This document shows positions 14,906 to 26,753 of a stretch of 64,000 nucleotides of DNA, one piece after another. Under the pieces are notes generated by a model. That model was not told where the DNA came from and did not search any database. It was given only the letters and a program-made list of their open reading frames with translations. The DNA comes from Marsupella aquatica (taxonomy: Eukaryota > Plantae > Marchantiophyta). The stretch spans positions 6,058,368-6,122,367 of the forward strand of contig OZ316894.1 in the NCBI GenBank assembly GCA_973895155.1, read 5' to 3'. The position numbers and the translations under genes were made by a program. The number at the start of each line of letters is the position of its first letter. Position 1 is the stretch's first letter.

Positions 14906-15065
14906 GGCGGAATTGGATGACAAACGTACAACTGTTTAGGAGTTTCGAATGGTGGCCCTGACTGAGAATCCTACTGAAATTTTATTATAGAAGTTAACTC
15001 CCAGAATGTTGGTAGTCAATCCTCAAAGACAGGTGACCAATTCTGTCAGTAGACTATGAGTATAT

Positions 15066-15357
15066 CCTATGGTTGTCATTGCACCCAGGTTTTTTTATCA
15101 GACGGCCCGAGTCTCCCTCAAGATGACTTTGACCACCTTTGGGTTAGTTGACGAGGGGTCAGTCGAGTGGTCCAGTCCTCCCATCCTCTGCCAGCCTCTG
15201 TCCAGGAACAGCCTATCCTTGCACACAACCTCATCTCTGTCCTGCTAAGGGCGGTCAAAGTCACCTTGAGGGAGACCAAAGCCATCCAATGACATAACTA
15301 GGTGTGATGAGAGCCATCCATCCAATGACATAACTAGGTGCGATGAGAGCCATTGGA
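15066..15357. mobile_element. MITE-like foldback element (imperfect inverted arms, part of the right arm tandemly duplicated)
   Basis: GTCTCCCTCAAGATGACTTTGACCACC (about 15110) pairs with GGCGGTCAAAGTCACCTTGAGGGAGAC (about 15250). CCATCCAATGACATAACTAGGTGYGATGAGAGCCAT occurs twice at about 15282-15353. Confidence 0.55.
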
Positions 15358-16377
15358 TGTGAGGGAGCTAACCCAATTTAATTTTCTCAATACACAAATG
15401 AAGGCAGTGACATTATGATAAATAGAAAAAAATCAACTGCAAGGTATGCCAAAAAAAGAGTGACATTCTAGTAAATCTTAGTTGTTTTGTTTGATTCCCT
15501 TTGAGATTAAATTTGGACTCTATGATGAGTGAAAAAGGTTCCAAACTTTCAAGTGGCTCCTTCATGCAGTCTGCCTTTTGGATGGGATAATGTCCTGGTT
15601 AGACGGCACTATGAAATATAATGCCCCTCCCCACCCCCCCAAATGAGGGTTGTAGCCCAAGTTTTGAGGGGCGTTGTTCTCATAATGCTTGTATCTAGGA
15701 CATTACATATGGTAAAACATTGAGTGTATTTCCATAACAGACAAGAAAGAATGAATCTCCGAAATAAAAAAATTGAAGTTAAAGGGCTATGCAAGCAGTA
15801 TTTTACCATGCAATTTGGCCAAAAACATGAAAAAAGCTAAAAACAAATCTTGTGATCTTTCATACAATTTATTATTTTATTCTAATGGTAACACTATATT
15901 TGGGTTTTACCTTTTCACTTTTATTATGTTTCACATAATCCCCTCCTCAAAAGAAGCGATGTTGTATGGAAAATTAATGTATTAACATATATATAATATA
16001 TTAATGATATATACATACATATTTTAATCACTTCTTGTTAGTCAAGTCTTTTTTTATTTTCTCTTTACAATTTGTATATATGAAGAAAATGTAAATGAAA
16101 AAAAATCTGTACTAACAAGAAGTGACCCTCCCAGTCACTAGTGATCTACATTTCTTGTAAAGCCAATCCTAGCTGCCCTTTGGCCTGGTGTCTCACTCCC
16201 ACCCATCTAATAATGTCTCTATGTGTGGGATGGTGGGGCTCAATCCCAGGTTACCCTTGGTCCTGGTGGCATAATCCTGGCCATCTCATGTTTTACTGTG
16301 CCGGTTGTTGGCTCAATCTCAATCTTTAGCCCTACAATTTATCGGTCTGAATTTGTTGCCTTTCCTATAATGTGTTT

Positions 16378-16485
16378 CTTCCTTTCCTTTCCTTTCCTTT
16401 CCTTGTCTCTTCTCTTCTCTTCTCTTCTCTTCCCTCTTCTCTTCTCTTCTCTCCTTTCCTTTCCTTTCCTTTCCTTTCCTTTCCT
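16378..16485 (+). repeat. Pyrimidine microsatellite (CTTTC/CTTCT)n, probably at the promoter or 5' end of the SMP-C2 gene
   Basis: Pure CT pentamer run read directly. Confidence 0.9.
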
Positions 16486-17610
16486 TGTGTTTGTCCGTCC
16501 ACGTGTTCAATTGGGTTTGTTTCCTTCGCTCGCTGTCTTGCTCGCGTGCTTGCTCTCCAGCCGCTCTCTGTCATCAGTCAGCTGCTTTCCCGGTGAGCCA
16601 GGATTTGGCTATGGGTTTCGACTCAGACCCAATGAGAGTTTTCCAGCTCCGGACATGCAGAATCACCCTTTGACGACCTCGTTTCACTTCGAAGAGCTTC
16701 GCTGAGAAGGACGGGGGATGGCCCCGAAGTATGATACAGATTTCTAGCAAGGCATGACGTACTTTGAGATTCGCATCTGCTGTATGCGGAGGTTGTGACG
16801 AGAGAAGAGAGACTGCCCCAATTTATTTCGAGCAAAGAGAAGGTCGGTTCGGAATCCTTTGCATGTTGTGTTTCTGGGGTCGTCTTTGTCGATTGTGCGC
16901 GGTGTGCTGAAACGTTGGTGAGTGGTGTGTTTGGGGACGAATCACTGTTCTGATAAGGGGAATGGGTGGGATTCCGGTGCAGCATTGATTTCCGTCTGCA
17001 GAAGGAATTGTTTGGGTTTTGGGATAAGGGGGGAAAATGAGCACACATAGCTGGGAGTGGGATCTTGGAAGTGGGAGCCCTAATCCTGTACTGAACAAAG
17101 TAGAAGTTGACGGATCACAGGGCAGATATTGAGGAGTAAAGGGATTTGCAACTGGGCAGGAATTGGCTTGGGGCTACTGAGAGCATATCCCATGGATTGG
17201 AGGAAGGCTGGCAGCAGCAGCAGCAACAAGAGGAGGAGCAGACATGCAGATGTTGGGAAGAAGATGGTAGGCTTCAGTGGAGGTTCAGTAATGTCGATGG
17301 GCAGGTTGCCGACCCTCGTTTCATGGCAGGCGCAGCAGTTCGGAATTGTCCAGTTAGGGATTGTAAATGTCTCCGGGGGCGGGAATCTTTAGGTGGCTTT
17401 AGCAGGAGGGCAGCTCATCTGAGAATTCCCAGGTAGAAATGAAGCTTGGTGGCTTGCTTGAAGCAGCCTGTCGAGGTGACTACTTGCGTGTATCCAGAAG
17501 AGGCAGTGTCGAGGATCTTGACGCACCTGAGCCGAAATTGGTCAAGGAGTGAATTGCTCTGCCATTATCTTTAAACACAGTCTGCATAAGGAAGTGGAAT
17601 CTGAAGGAAT

Positions 17611-19695
17611 ATGGCACTTGCTTGTTCTCATCGATTAAGTAGATTGGACAGTGGAGGAGGGTTCGGTCCTCCATCCCTTCCTCCACTTTACCCACCACCA
17701 GCTTCGTCCTTTTGGGGAATACGGCTCGGGGGAGAATCCTCTAGAAGGTGTAGGGGAACAGCTGCACTGGCTTCTGATGATAGATTCTTTAGGAGGAGCT
17801 TCCGGCGGAAATCGTTAGGACGGCTCCAGACTTACCGCTCGCTTAGAAATCTGTCCAGGTTTGGGGTGGGAGAAGACATTGAAAAGCAGGTCGCGTTCTA
17901 TTGCTTGGGAGTGGCTGCCCACAGAGTATTCATCCAGACTGCACAGAATGGATCAATTGCATTGCCAAATCCAATGAACAAAAGGGTGGGCTTGCTGCAG
18001 AAGGTGCGAAGCGCTGTGGGAGTGGTGTCTCTCCCACAGCGTGTTCCTCTCTGGCCTACAACTGGGCCTGCACGGGACGTTCTGTTTGCCTCGTTGGGTG
18101 CTCTGTTTGCCTTTCTGTTCGCAGGTTTAATATCTCGGATCTGGAGGTTGGAAGACAATGATGTCAAAGCAGCTGCACTGGAAAGAGGTGGAGCTATGAT
18201 GCCAGAGCTTGGAGTCAACTTAGGTCAAAAAGAATCCGTTGAGTGGGTAAACATGCTCATTTATAAAATTTGGAAAGTCTACCGACGCAGCCTCGAGGGT
18301 TGGCTCGTTCATCTTTTGCAGCCTGCAATTGATAAGCTTGGAAAGCCTGACTACGTTCAAAGAGTGGAGATTACTGAGCTGAACTTGGATTACGAGCCTA
18401 TATCAGTTAGGAAGGTGCGGCGGAGAGCTTCGAGGCGAGCGAACGATTTACAGTATCAATTCGGTGTGCGCTATACTGGCGGAGCTAGATGCTTGCTCAA
18501 TTTAGAATTAGTGAAAGCCGGAATTGGAGCGTCGGTACCTGTGGGAGTCTATGACCTGGATGTGGACGCGGAGTTATGGGTGAAACTGCGGTTGGCTCCA
18601 GTGAAGCCTTATGTTGGGACTCTTTCCATCGCATTTGTGCGATTACCGACCATCAAACTCGTCCTTGCACCCTTCAAAATTGTGAATCTTTTTGCCATTC
18701 CTTTCCTATCTAGCTTCTTGTCTAAGCTGCTGACAGTAGACCTTCCACGCCTTCTAGTCTTGCCTCGTCACATCACTTTTGACTTTCTCCCGCATGGTCA
18801 GGATCCACTCACGTCTAGCTTGATGGATTTGTTGAAGAGTGAAGCCGTCGCCGAAGCATCGTCTCAAACGGAGCCCACAGAGGCTTTTGTGGGGGAGCTC
18901 TCTGTTACAGTTTGCGAGGCAAGGGACCTTCCAATCCAGGGTTTAGTGGGCTGGAGTAACCCATATGTTACACTAGCCTTGGGGGACCAGGTGACCGAGA
19001 GCAAACGCAATAAGGAAACCTCTCACCCATCTGGTTACAGAGATCCTGTCTGGAACCAGGACTTCCAGTTTCTTGTCGAGGATCCCAGGAAGCAAAAGCT
19101 GGTGTTGAGAGTGCGTGACAGCTCTTTGACCCTGAATCCGAATATTGGATATTGTGAAGTGTCTTTGGCAAACCTCCAGGATTGTGTGCCCAGGACACAT
19201 TGGGTTTCTCTGACCAGAGAGGGGACCTTTGGGCCAAGGAAGGTGTCCGGAAAATTGAGACTCATATTTACCTTCAAGTCTTTCGTTGAGGAAGAAAATA
19301 GTGACCCTGCTTCACCCTACATCAAGGTCTTCAACAACGATTCCATGGACGAACTGGAACAGGTTGGCATCCGCCCAAGTAAAAAGGGTCTGGACATGCA
19401 GCCTAAGTCCAAAACGGTGCCTTTACCCGGACCCGGTTGGGAAAGCATTTTATCTGATGATTCGAACGGGTCGGGTTCTGATTCGGATGTAGAATTCTCT
19501 CCTGCTAAGGTGCTGGTCAGCAATGAAGTGGCTGATGATACAGGCGAGCGAGAGGTGGCGTTCAGTGGTCCTGGTGAAGGGAGAGGGGGTTCTACTTCAG
19601 GGATTGTGTGGCTTGCTGTGTTGACAACGGTAGCTTATGTTTTTGGAACTAGCCTGCATCTATCGAATCCCTTGCACCCCTGGATCGAGCCGTAG
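17611..19695 (+). CDS. SMP + C2 domain membrane-contact-site protein (NTMC2T5/tricalbin-like), probably plastid-targeted, single coding exon
   Basis: 694-aa ORF with an Arg/Ser-rich N-terminus, TM segment (VLFASLGALFAFLFAGLI), SMP start KESVEWVNMLIYKIWKVYR, FLSKLLTVDLPRLLVLP, C2 domain (FVGELSVTVCEARDL...NPYVTLALG...PVWNQDFQFLV) and a C-terminal hydrophobic segment. Confidence 0.9.
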   Translation: MALACSHRLSRLDSGGGFGPPSLPPLYPPPASSFWGIRLGGESSRRCRGTAALASDDRFFRRSFRRKSLGRLQTYRSLRNLSRFGVGEDIEKQVAFYCLGVAAHRVFIQTAQNGSIALPNPMNKRVGLLQKVRSAVGVVSLPQRVPLWPTTGPARDVLFASLGALFAFLFAGLISRIWRLEDNDVKAAALERGGAMMPELGVNLGQKESVEWVNMLIYKIWKVYRRSLEGWLVHLLQPAIDKLGKPDYVQRVEITELNLDYEPISVRKVRRRASRRANDLQYQFGVRYTGGARCLLNLELVKAGIGASVPVGVYDLDVDAELWVKLRLAPVKPYVGTLSIAFVRLPTIKLVLAPFKIVNLFAIPFLSSFLSKLLTVDLPRLLVLPRHITFDFLPHGQDPLTSSLMDLLKSEAVAEASSQTEPTEAFVGELSVTVCEARDLPIQGLVGWSNPYVTLALGDQVTESKRNKETSHPSGYRDPVWNQDFQFLVEDPRKQKLVLRVRDSSLTLNPNIGYCEVSLANLQDCVPRTHWVSLTREGTFGPRKVSGKLRLIFTFKSFVEEENSDPASPYIKVFNNDSMDELEQVGIRPSKKGLDMQPKSKTVPLPGPGWESILSDDSNGSGSDSDVEFSPAKVLVSNEVADDTGEREVAFSGPGEGRGGSTSGIVWLAVLTTVAYVFGTSLHLSNPLHPWIEP

Positions 19696-22600
19696 ATCGT
19701 GAGGAAGCGTAGGCAATGCTTTTGTCTTAGGTCGTAGCAACCAATTCGATTATCATTCAAACCATTTTATCCTTTCAGCAGTAAGCCATGATCTGGCATT
19801 TTTAAGACTCCGCAGTCCCTCTGCTCTTCACTTACGCAATTTTGGCAAGCCTGGGCGCAAAAAGTTTCAAATGTTATGAAAGATCTCATACTGATACGCG
19901 CTCAGCTTGATACGCACCTTTGCAACTTGCCCTATCCCAAGAATCAGACTTACGATCGTATAATGAGGAAAGGCTGTCACATGGCTCTATCTTCAATTTG
20001 CGTATATGGGTGGAGCTCGGTCGGTATTTGCAGTTGGACATTGCAAACAAGTGATGATGGTTATTTTAATGAAAGTATGACGAGGCACTGCAACTGTAAA
20101 TTTTTCATGTCACCTACTCGTCTCACAGATGAAGTTGTATTTATCAAATGAACGATGTTACTTGCGGACTTCCACGGAGTTATTAGGCTACTGGGCTGTT
20201 GTGCTGGTTATGGGATCATTGGCGAGGAGCAAGACGGTCAGCCTTGCTCAGAATGGCTGACCTCTCTCGTCTACTGTACCTTTGGAGTTTCATCCTTTAA
20301 CGAAAAAGCGGGGAGAGGAGAGAAGGGGCAGAGGAGAAGAAGAGAGCACCCTTTTTGTAGCATGCACATAGGTGGAGAAAATAGATGTGGTTTCAATCTA
20401 CGTTGCCCCGAGTTTGAGAGAATGCATGAATTTAATTTCCATTGACCCCTAAGACGGGCAGATAGAGCTCTGGACTGAAGAGCTACTCTTTTGTATGTCG
20501 AGACGTGTAAATAAAAGCGATGTGCCTAGTCTGCTTCCAGCGCGTTTTCAAGAGCTTGACTGGCAGTTCGAGATGCTTTCCTTCCGTGTTCGGTCGATTC
20601 TCTTGCTCCCTATGTTCATACTTCAAACAAGTTATGCCTACTCTCTTCTCAGAATGAAATGCTTAGTCCGGTGTGGCAAATAACTTTAGAATTGCGAACC
20701 TTTCTTGCATTTTGGTTAGGTCATATATGAATGGCTTGTGATCGGTTGTTTGCGAGACATCTATTTCGGGGACGGCCACCACTACTCAAACCGTTGTACC
20801 TCTTTTGTCTGGCATTATCTCAATTCTTCACTGCTGAATAAGGAACGAGAGAAAATGTGTGCCATCGAGACGCATCAGGCTTGTGCAGCATAATTACCAT
20901 GATTTCTCTCGTTTGGTAGTTTACCTTCTGAAGAGAACGCCCTTCTTCACAGTAATTTTATGCTCCTAAAACTAAATGCGCAGTCTGCGGTTCAGGGTCC
21001 ACGATCGAATTGCCCTCGAGAGGGATTTCACGATTCTTTCATCAGCCCTTTCCTGTTGAGAGTCGAGTCTTGAACAGAAATTACAGGAGAGTGCAGGGCA
21101 GGCGGAAGAGTTGACAGTACAAATGAACTATAACGATTTCTGACTCAGCTGAAAGACAATAAGACAGCTTTAGTTTTCTGAGAAGAGTCTTTCCAAAGAA
21201 CCTTCAATCCAACTGTCTGCAATGCACTTCGTGTTGGCAAAGTTGCATTGAATTGGTCATTTTCAATTTTCACCTCCTTTTATTCACTTAACCAACTATC
21301 TGCATGATTGACACGTGATCTTGGTCCTGGATGTCTACTTTCCGCCACACAACGCAAGTTTGCAGATGTTTACGAAAGGTTTTCAATCTAATCGAGCGAG
21401 GGTTTCTCGGAGTTTGACGACTCTTGTTTCATCCTAGAGTGACAGTTTGCTGCTGGCAGCAGACAACTACTCTGCGATGGCAGGGTGTGACTGAACAACA
21501 CACCCCTCCATTTATCATATTGCAGGGATGTCCATATACTGTAAGGGACGTAACGGATTAGTTCTCAGGTTTCGAATCTCCAGATACATGGTTTGTCTCG
21601 AGAATATAGGAAATCCATTTCTAGCATCATCAACAGAGAAAAACAAATGACAAACAGGGCCACAACGCCACACAACATTAAGAAGACGAATCACACTTGA
21701 CATCAAATCAGGGGACTAAACAGGATTCCCCTAAACATATCATCGTTGCGAACACGACGAGGATTTACAAGCTACCAGATGCCAAGTAAAACACTTTTAA
21801 ACAGAGCGAGGAGATGTATCATCTCATGCAAAGAATTAAATCAAAGGTACCAACATTTTAGAAGAGCCCAGGTAGGTACTCAAGTACCGGACAAAAACAC
21901 TGCCTCAATGTAATTCATTGAGGCCAAAAACAGACCACTACCTCAAGACACAAGATTTGCCCTCTTATGGTGGATGAAGTGAATCACTTTGTCTGAGAGT
22001 CTCCAGGTAGAGGACCAGAGTTTGCCCTCCATGGGCCTGTCAATTTGTTTCCTAGATCACAGTCTGGGCCATCATCAACGTCCTCTCTTCTCAGGCTTCG
22101 CCGTCTTTGGCTTCCTTAGCAACCAGTATACAGTTAGTGGTCCCTAGCAACCAGTCGTACTCGGTGACAATCTTTTTGCCTTAGAAATCCAGGGAACAGT
22201 CTGCACTTTTGTGTGAAATGGAAACAATATATATCAAAGTGGGAGAGGGCAAAAACGTCAAACCTTGAGACAGGTCCCAAAGGCAAAGCCAGGTCCCAAA
22301 GGCAAAGCAATCCAATAAAGGGAAGGAAACAGAAGAGAAAAGGACCCAAAGAAGATCCAAGAGGTCAAACAAGGCAAGGAGTCCCCCATCACAACCAACG
22401 AACAACGACAAAAACCAAGAGCCTGCAAAGGAGCAAAGAAGACTAAAACTCTATTGTGCAGAGAACTGAAAAGCCTGGTAGAGCTCGGGAATAAATCACA
22501 TAGGAGGGTCACGAAGTGGAAGACCAAAGACTTGATGGACCCCTCTAGGAAAAAAAACCCCTTCCATTGTAAGGGACTTCTTGGGGCCCCAGTCCCTACT

Positions 22601-22744
22601 TTTGAAAGGGACTTCTTGGGGCCCGGTCCGTGCAACCCCAGCCCCTCTAACTTGTGGGTACTCCATAGTCAACCTGCCCGATACCTTGCAGACCAGATGT
22701 CCCTACCAGCCTATATTTTAAGGTTTTGCTTAGGCAGAGAGATG

Positions 22745-22995
22745 AATTTTCACATGGTATGACGAAGAAGAAGAAGAAGAAGAAGAAGAAGAAGAAAACA
22801 GCTAAGGTTTTTTTGTTTTGTTTTGCCAGAGTAGCAAATTTCACATGGTGTAAAGTAGAAGATTCTAAGGTTTTCCTGTTTGGCCACAGTGGCCAATTTC
22901 ACATTGTGTGAAGTAGCAAATTCTACGGTCTTTCCTTTTGCCAGAGTGGCTAATTTCACATGGTTTGGAGGTAGAAGAATCTAAGGTTTTTCCTT
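22745..22995 (+). repeat. (GAA)n microsatellite plus degenerate tandem repeats containing AATTTCACATGG
   Basis: GAA run at about 22764-22797; AATTTCACAT(G/T)G recurs at about 22746, 22837, 22896 and 22952, each with similar downstream AGTAGAAGA.TCTAAGGTTTT-like sequence. Confidence 0.75.
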
Positions 22996-24629
22996 ATGTA
23001 TAATTTTCCCGAGTTAATTTCTGACTATTAGAACTCTCTAGACTTAAGGAGAACCTTCAGATTCTAACAAATGGGGTGTATGACTTAAACAAATACACTC
23101 CCTGCCCTCCTTCCTTTAGTGACACTGCCATGTAGCCCCAAAAATCTTTTGCCCTCCTGGTCACCATGCTGCATCATGTGTCTTGGCATCCTAGAGGTTT
23201 CCTTGGGTGCTCATGATGCAGGGCAGGAGGCAGGTAGGAAAGTTTTGGGGTTGCACTAGGATGTCTCAAAGTAGCCCTTCCCAGGTGAATTTTGCGCCCA
23301 GAACAATCTCAGTCCTGGGACTAAATCTGCACTCCTCAGACCAACACGAACTTGTACAGTCAGGACACTGGCGCCCGTGCGTAAAATTAGTCCACACAAT
23401 GCACTAGTGCTCTACTAATGTTGAGTTATCTCGCAGGTGGGTGTTCTGACCCATTCACACCAAAAATTCCATATGCTAATATTTCCCGGAAGTTGTGTTC
23501 CAATCAGTTGTTGACTGGAATTTTGCACAATGGCTTACCAAACAATAGTGGGGAAGGGCAACTTTGAGAGGCAACACTGCCTTGTCACTATGGGCAGGAG
23601 GGGCACAGACATCTGGGATGCAAAGTACCAGGCTGGTTGACTGTGGAACAACCACTACAATCCCCACCCCCCAAAAAATAAATAATTCATTCATTCATTC
23701 ATCCGTGGACCCCCATATTATTTTAGAGTCAGTTATCGAGAAATTGAAGCCTAGATGGACCTCCAAATCTAACGAAAAAAAATTCAAAAATGGACAAGTC
23801 AATGTTTGACACTGGAAACAGTTGCCAAACTTATATACCAAGGCAACCATAATTAACATCAATCGCACAACTAGCTGCAATGTGAACTATTGTTTAATGT
23901 GTGGGTAGCTTAATTGCCCACTTCAGCAAAACGGTGCCCGGCGGTTTCCTCCACGATACCGAAGGGATGTTGGATGCACTCAAGTTGCATCGAAAGTAAT
24001 CACTTTCAATTCCTACACACAAATAGATGAAGAGAGTGAAGTCATTGGTGTCATCAAATCATTAACTTTGCATAATCATTTAAGACAAAAAGTTTCATGG
24101 AAACAAATCTCTAATTGTGAAATTTGGAATAGATTGAAAGCTAGAGAAATTTAGAAACTCATGACCACTTTAGTACTTGATAAAATCTCCCAATGTTACA
24201 CTCATTGGAAAGCTAAAGAACATTGGAAATTTATAATCTACTCAGAACCCAACTAAATCTATCAATGTTAAGTTCATTAAAAAGTTAAAGAAATTCTAAA
24301 ATTCATAATCTTCTTAGTACTCGATAAAATCTGTCAATTTTAGGTTCATTCTCATAGAAGGGGTCAATATTTCCAGGGTTGTACAACAAAGATTTCTATT
24401 CATGTTAGAGATTATGAAATCACGGGTAAAATCTATTTTTCAAATTACTTACTCAATTTTTACCAAATGATGACAATGTTGAGCTCATCAGGTTCGTCTC
24501 TTCAAGATCTTTCTAATGCCATATTATACGTGAGTTTTCATTATGATTTGACTCAGCAATGTCAAATCAAAAATTGCTACCGGGAAAATTTTATGTTTTG
24601 AATAAAATATAAATAAAACAGTTATTGGG

Positions 24630-24852
24630 AGCGGTTTTACCTTAATTTTTTTGTCTTTTGATTTGCATGTCAGTTTTTTTTACATTCTTTTTTACGGCAT
24701 GGCGTCCCAATTTTTACAACAAACTTGCCAAAACACGAATGTAGAAGTTAATTTTATCCAAAAACAAATTTCTTCCTGTTTGCAACGTGCATGATGATGT
24801 GGCACGCTATGGAGCCAGGAATTTTGCAAAGGACCCCTAATGGGGGTCTGTA
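24630..24852 (-). repeat. Diverged reverse-orientation copy of the 8341/36891 dispersed repeat
   Basis: TTTTTACGGCATGGCGTCCCAA and GTGGCACGCTATGGAGCCAGGAATTTTGCAAAGGACCCCTAATGGGGGTCTGTAA are reverse complements of the 36891 copy, with substitutions. Confidence 0.7.
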
Positions 24853-25910
24853 ACAAAAAACAAAAAAACAAAACAAACTCACACACACACACACACATTC
24901 TCCACAATATTGTATGTGGACAAACGATGATGTTGGGACCCCTTGGATTGAGGCTAATTCCCTGGCTAATTGGCTAAGAGCCAACTTCATGTGAACGGCC
25001 CTCAAACTATAAGCCCCTTGCACTCACTAAATTGCAGGATCTAGATTCTCAAGAGTACTTGTTGTCCTCCTAGATGTGAGCTACACAAGCCCGTTCCATA
25101 TCCCTATTTTATTTATTTTGTCATTTTGTGTCCCTCTTTTCTGTTTAATTGTGTTTTCAAAGTAGGGGATCAAGGGCTGGAAAGTTTCCAGCCCTTCCCC
25201 TTGGTTCTCCACTTTGTATGCCATAAGCACTTCCTGAGATTTGTGCACAAAATTCTCAGACAATATTTTACAAATTATTACATACATAATGCATGTGATC
25301 ACCCCTTTGCTTTCTGGTCCTCCAAATAAAGGATATCATGATATCATTCAGTGAGACTTCACGGATCCAACTTTTTTACTGGGTATGTATGTAATAATTT
25401 GATTTATCCTGAAAAAGATATTACATATTATATATATATATATATATATTTTTTTTTTATCCATTCATGAAAAAAAAACTTTCGAAGGTAATTTCAAATT
25501 CATTTAAGAAAAAAATTCTTTGCCTTGAGCCTCACCTCAGGCAGGTCAGACGGCACCTCATGTGAAGAGCAAATCGTATAGTCTGGAAACTTTATGGCAC
25601 TTGAGGTCCCAAACTCTGCCTTGGGGATTAAACAAAATGGGTAGGTACATGAAGCAAGGACACAAGCACACATGCCCACATCACACGTAGCAGACTGTGT
25701 TCTCAGCTAAGATGTACTTTTTCACAAAAGTGGCTAATGCAAATGGCAAAAATCTTGAGGGAGCCCACATTCAAAATTCTTGAGGGCGCCCAAATATATA
25801 TCTATGACACTACCAACCAGGAGATGATCCTTAGGCCAAAGACCGAATCAAGGTGGCAAAGAAAAAAAAACCAAAAAGGCCAGGGGAGGACAAACCAAAG
25901 GCCCTATGGA

Positions 25911-26162
25911 GTCTTTCGTTGAATTTGGAAAGGCTTGTGAAGCCCACAAGAGGAACCGTCGTTGGTTGAATTGGAAAAGCTTGAGAAAGCGCAAAACGTC
26001 TTTCGTTGCATTGGAAAAGCTTGTGAAGCTCAAACGAGGGAAGGTCTTTCGGTGAATTGGACAAGCTTGTGAAAGCGGAAAGCGTCTTTCGATGAGTTGG
26101 AAAAGCTTCTGAAATCGAAAAGCGTCTTTCGTGTGTCGGTGAATTGGAAAAGCTTCTGAAAC
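25911..26162 (+). repeat. Tandem array of 6 copies of an ~30-bp core with variable 10-17 bp linkers
   Basis: Core GTCTTTCGNTGAATTGGAAAAGCTT(G/C)TGAA at about 25911, 25958, 25998, 26044, 26084 and 26124. Confidence 0.85.
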
Positions 26163-26753
26163 CGACAAAGAGGGAACAGACAAGAACGGAGGAGAGAGCT
26201 TCATTCAGAGAGGAACACAATTGCAGGTCCTTTTACGTAATCATCTGTCTGTTTGCGGTGGGAACTGTGTTCTGGTGTGCAATCCTCTGGCAGGTCTGAC
26301 TCCACGCAAAAAACTTTCCGCTGCACATGAATCACGTTTGGCTCTACAAGAATCACTCGATGTTCCAACAACACCCGACACCACGAGCCACCTGGCACCA
26401 CCATTCATCAAGCATTTTTCTGGCTGGGATGGCTGCAAGGGCGGGCACTCCTGGCCTCGGTAGATTTGCCATCTTCATTCTCATCTTTTCAAGCTGCGAG
26501 CCCCGGCGTGTGTTTCAAGAGAGGACATCAGATCTCAATTTGTCTGCCGCAATGGGAAGCTTGGCAAGCCAATGAAATACTGCAGAAGATGCGTTGTTGT
26601 TGGCGATACAAAAGCCAGCACTCGCACTCTTGACGACGATGGATGGTTGTCAGATAGACATATAAGATCGAGTTTTAGTTCGGACATTCATTACCGCCGC
26701 TTTTCCTTAGGTAGGCAATTCGGGGAGAAACTCAGCTCCGTTTTGGTCTGGCT

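Noticed and set aside
16223-16705. 160-aa hydrophobic ORF and overlapping K/E/R-rich reverse ORFs
   Set aside because: These are translation products of the CT microsatellite.
21515-22130. Possible LINE 3' remnant (VCHLFFSVDDAR resembles the zf-RVT HLFFxC motif)
   Set aside because: It is a single weak motif and too degenerate to support.
25911-26162. CRISPR-like appearance of the repeat/linker array
   Set aside because: The repeats are degenerate, the linkers are only 10-17 bp and related to each other, there are no cas genes, and the context is eukaryotic.
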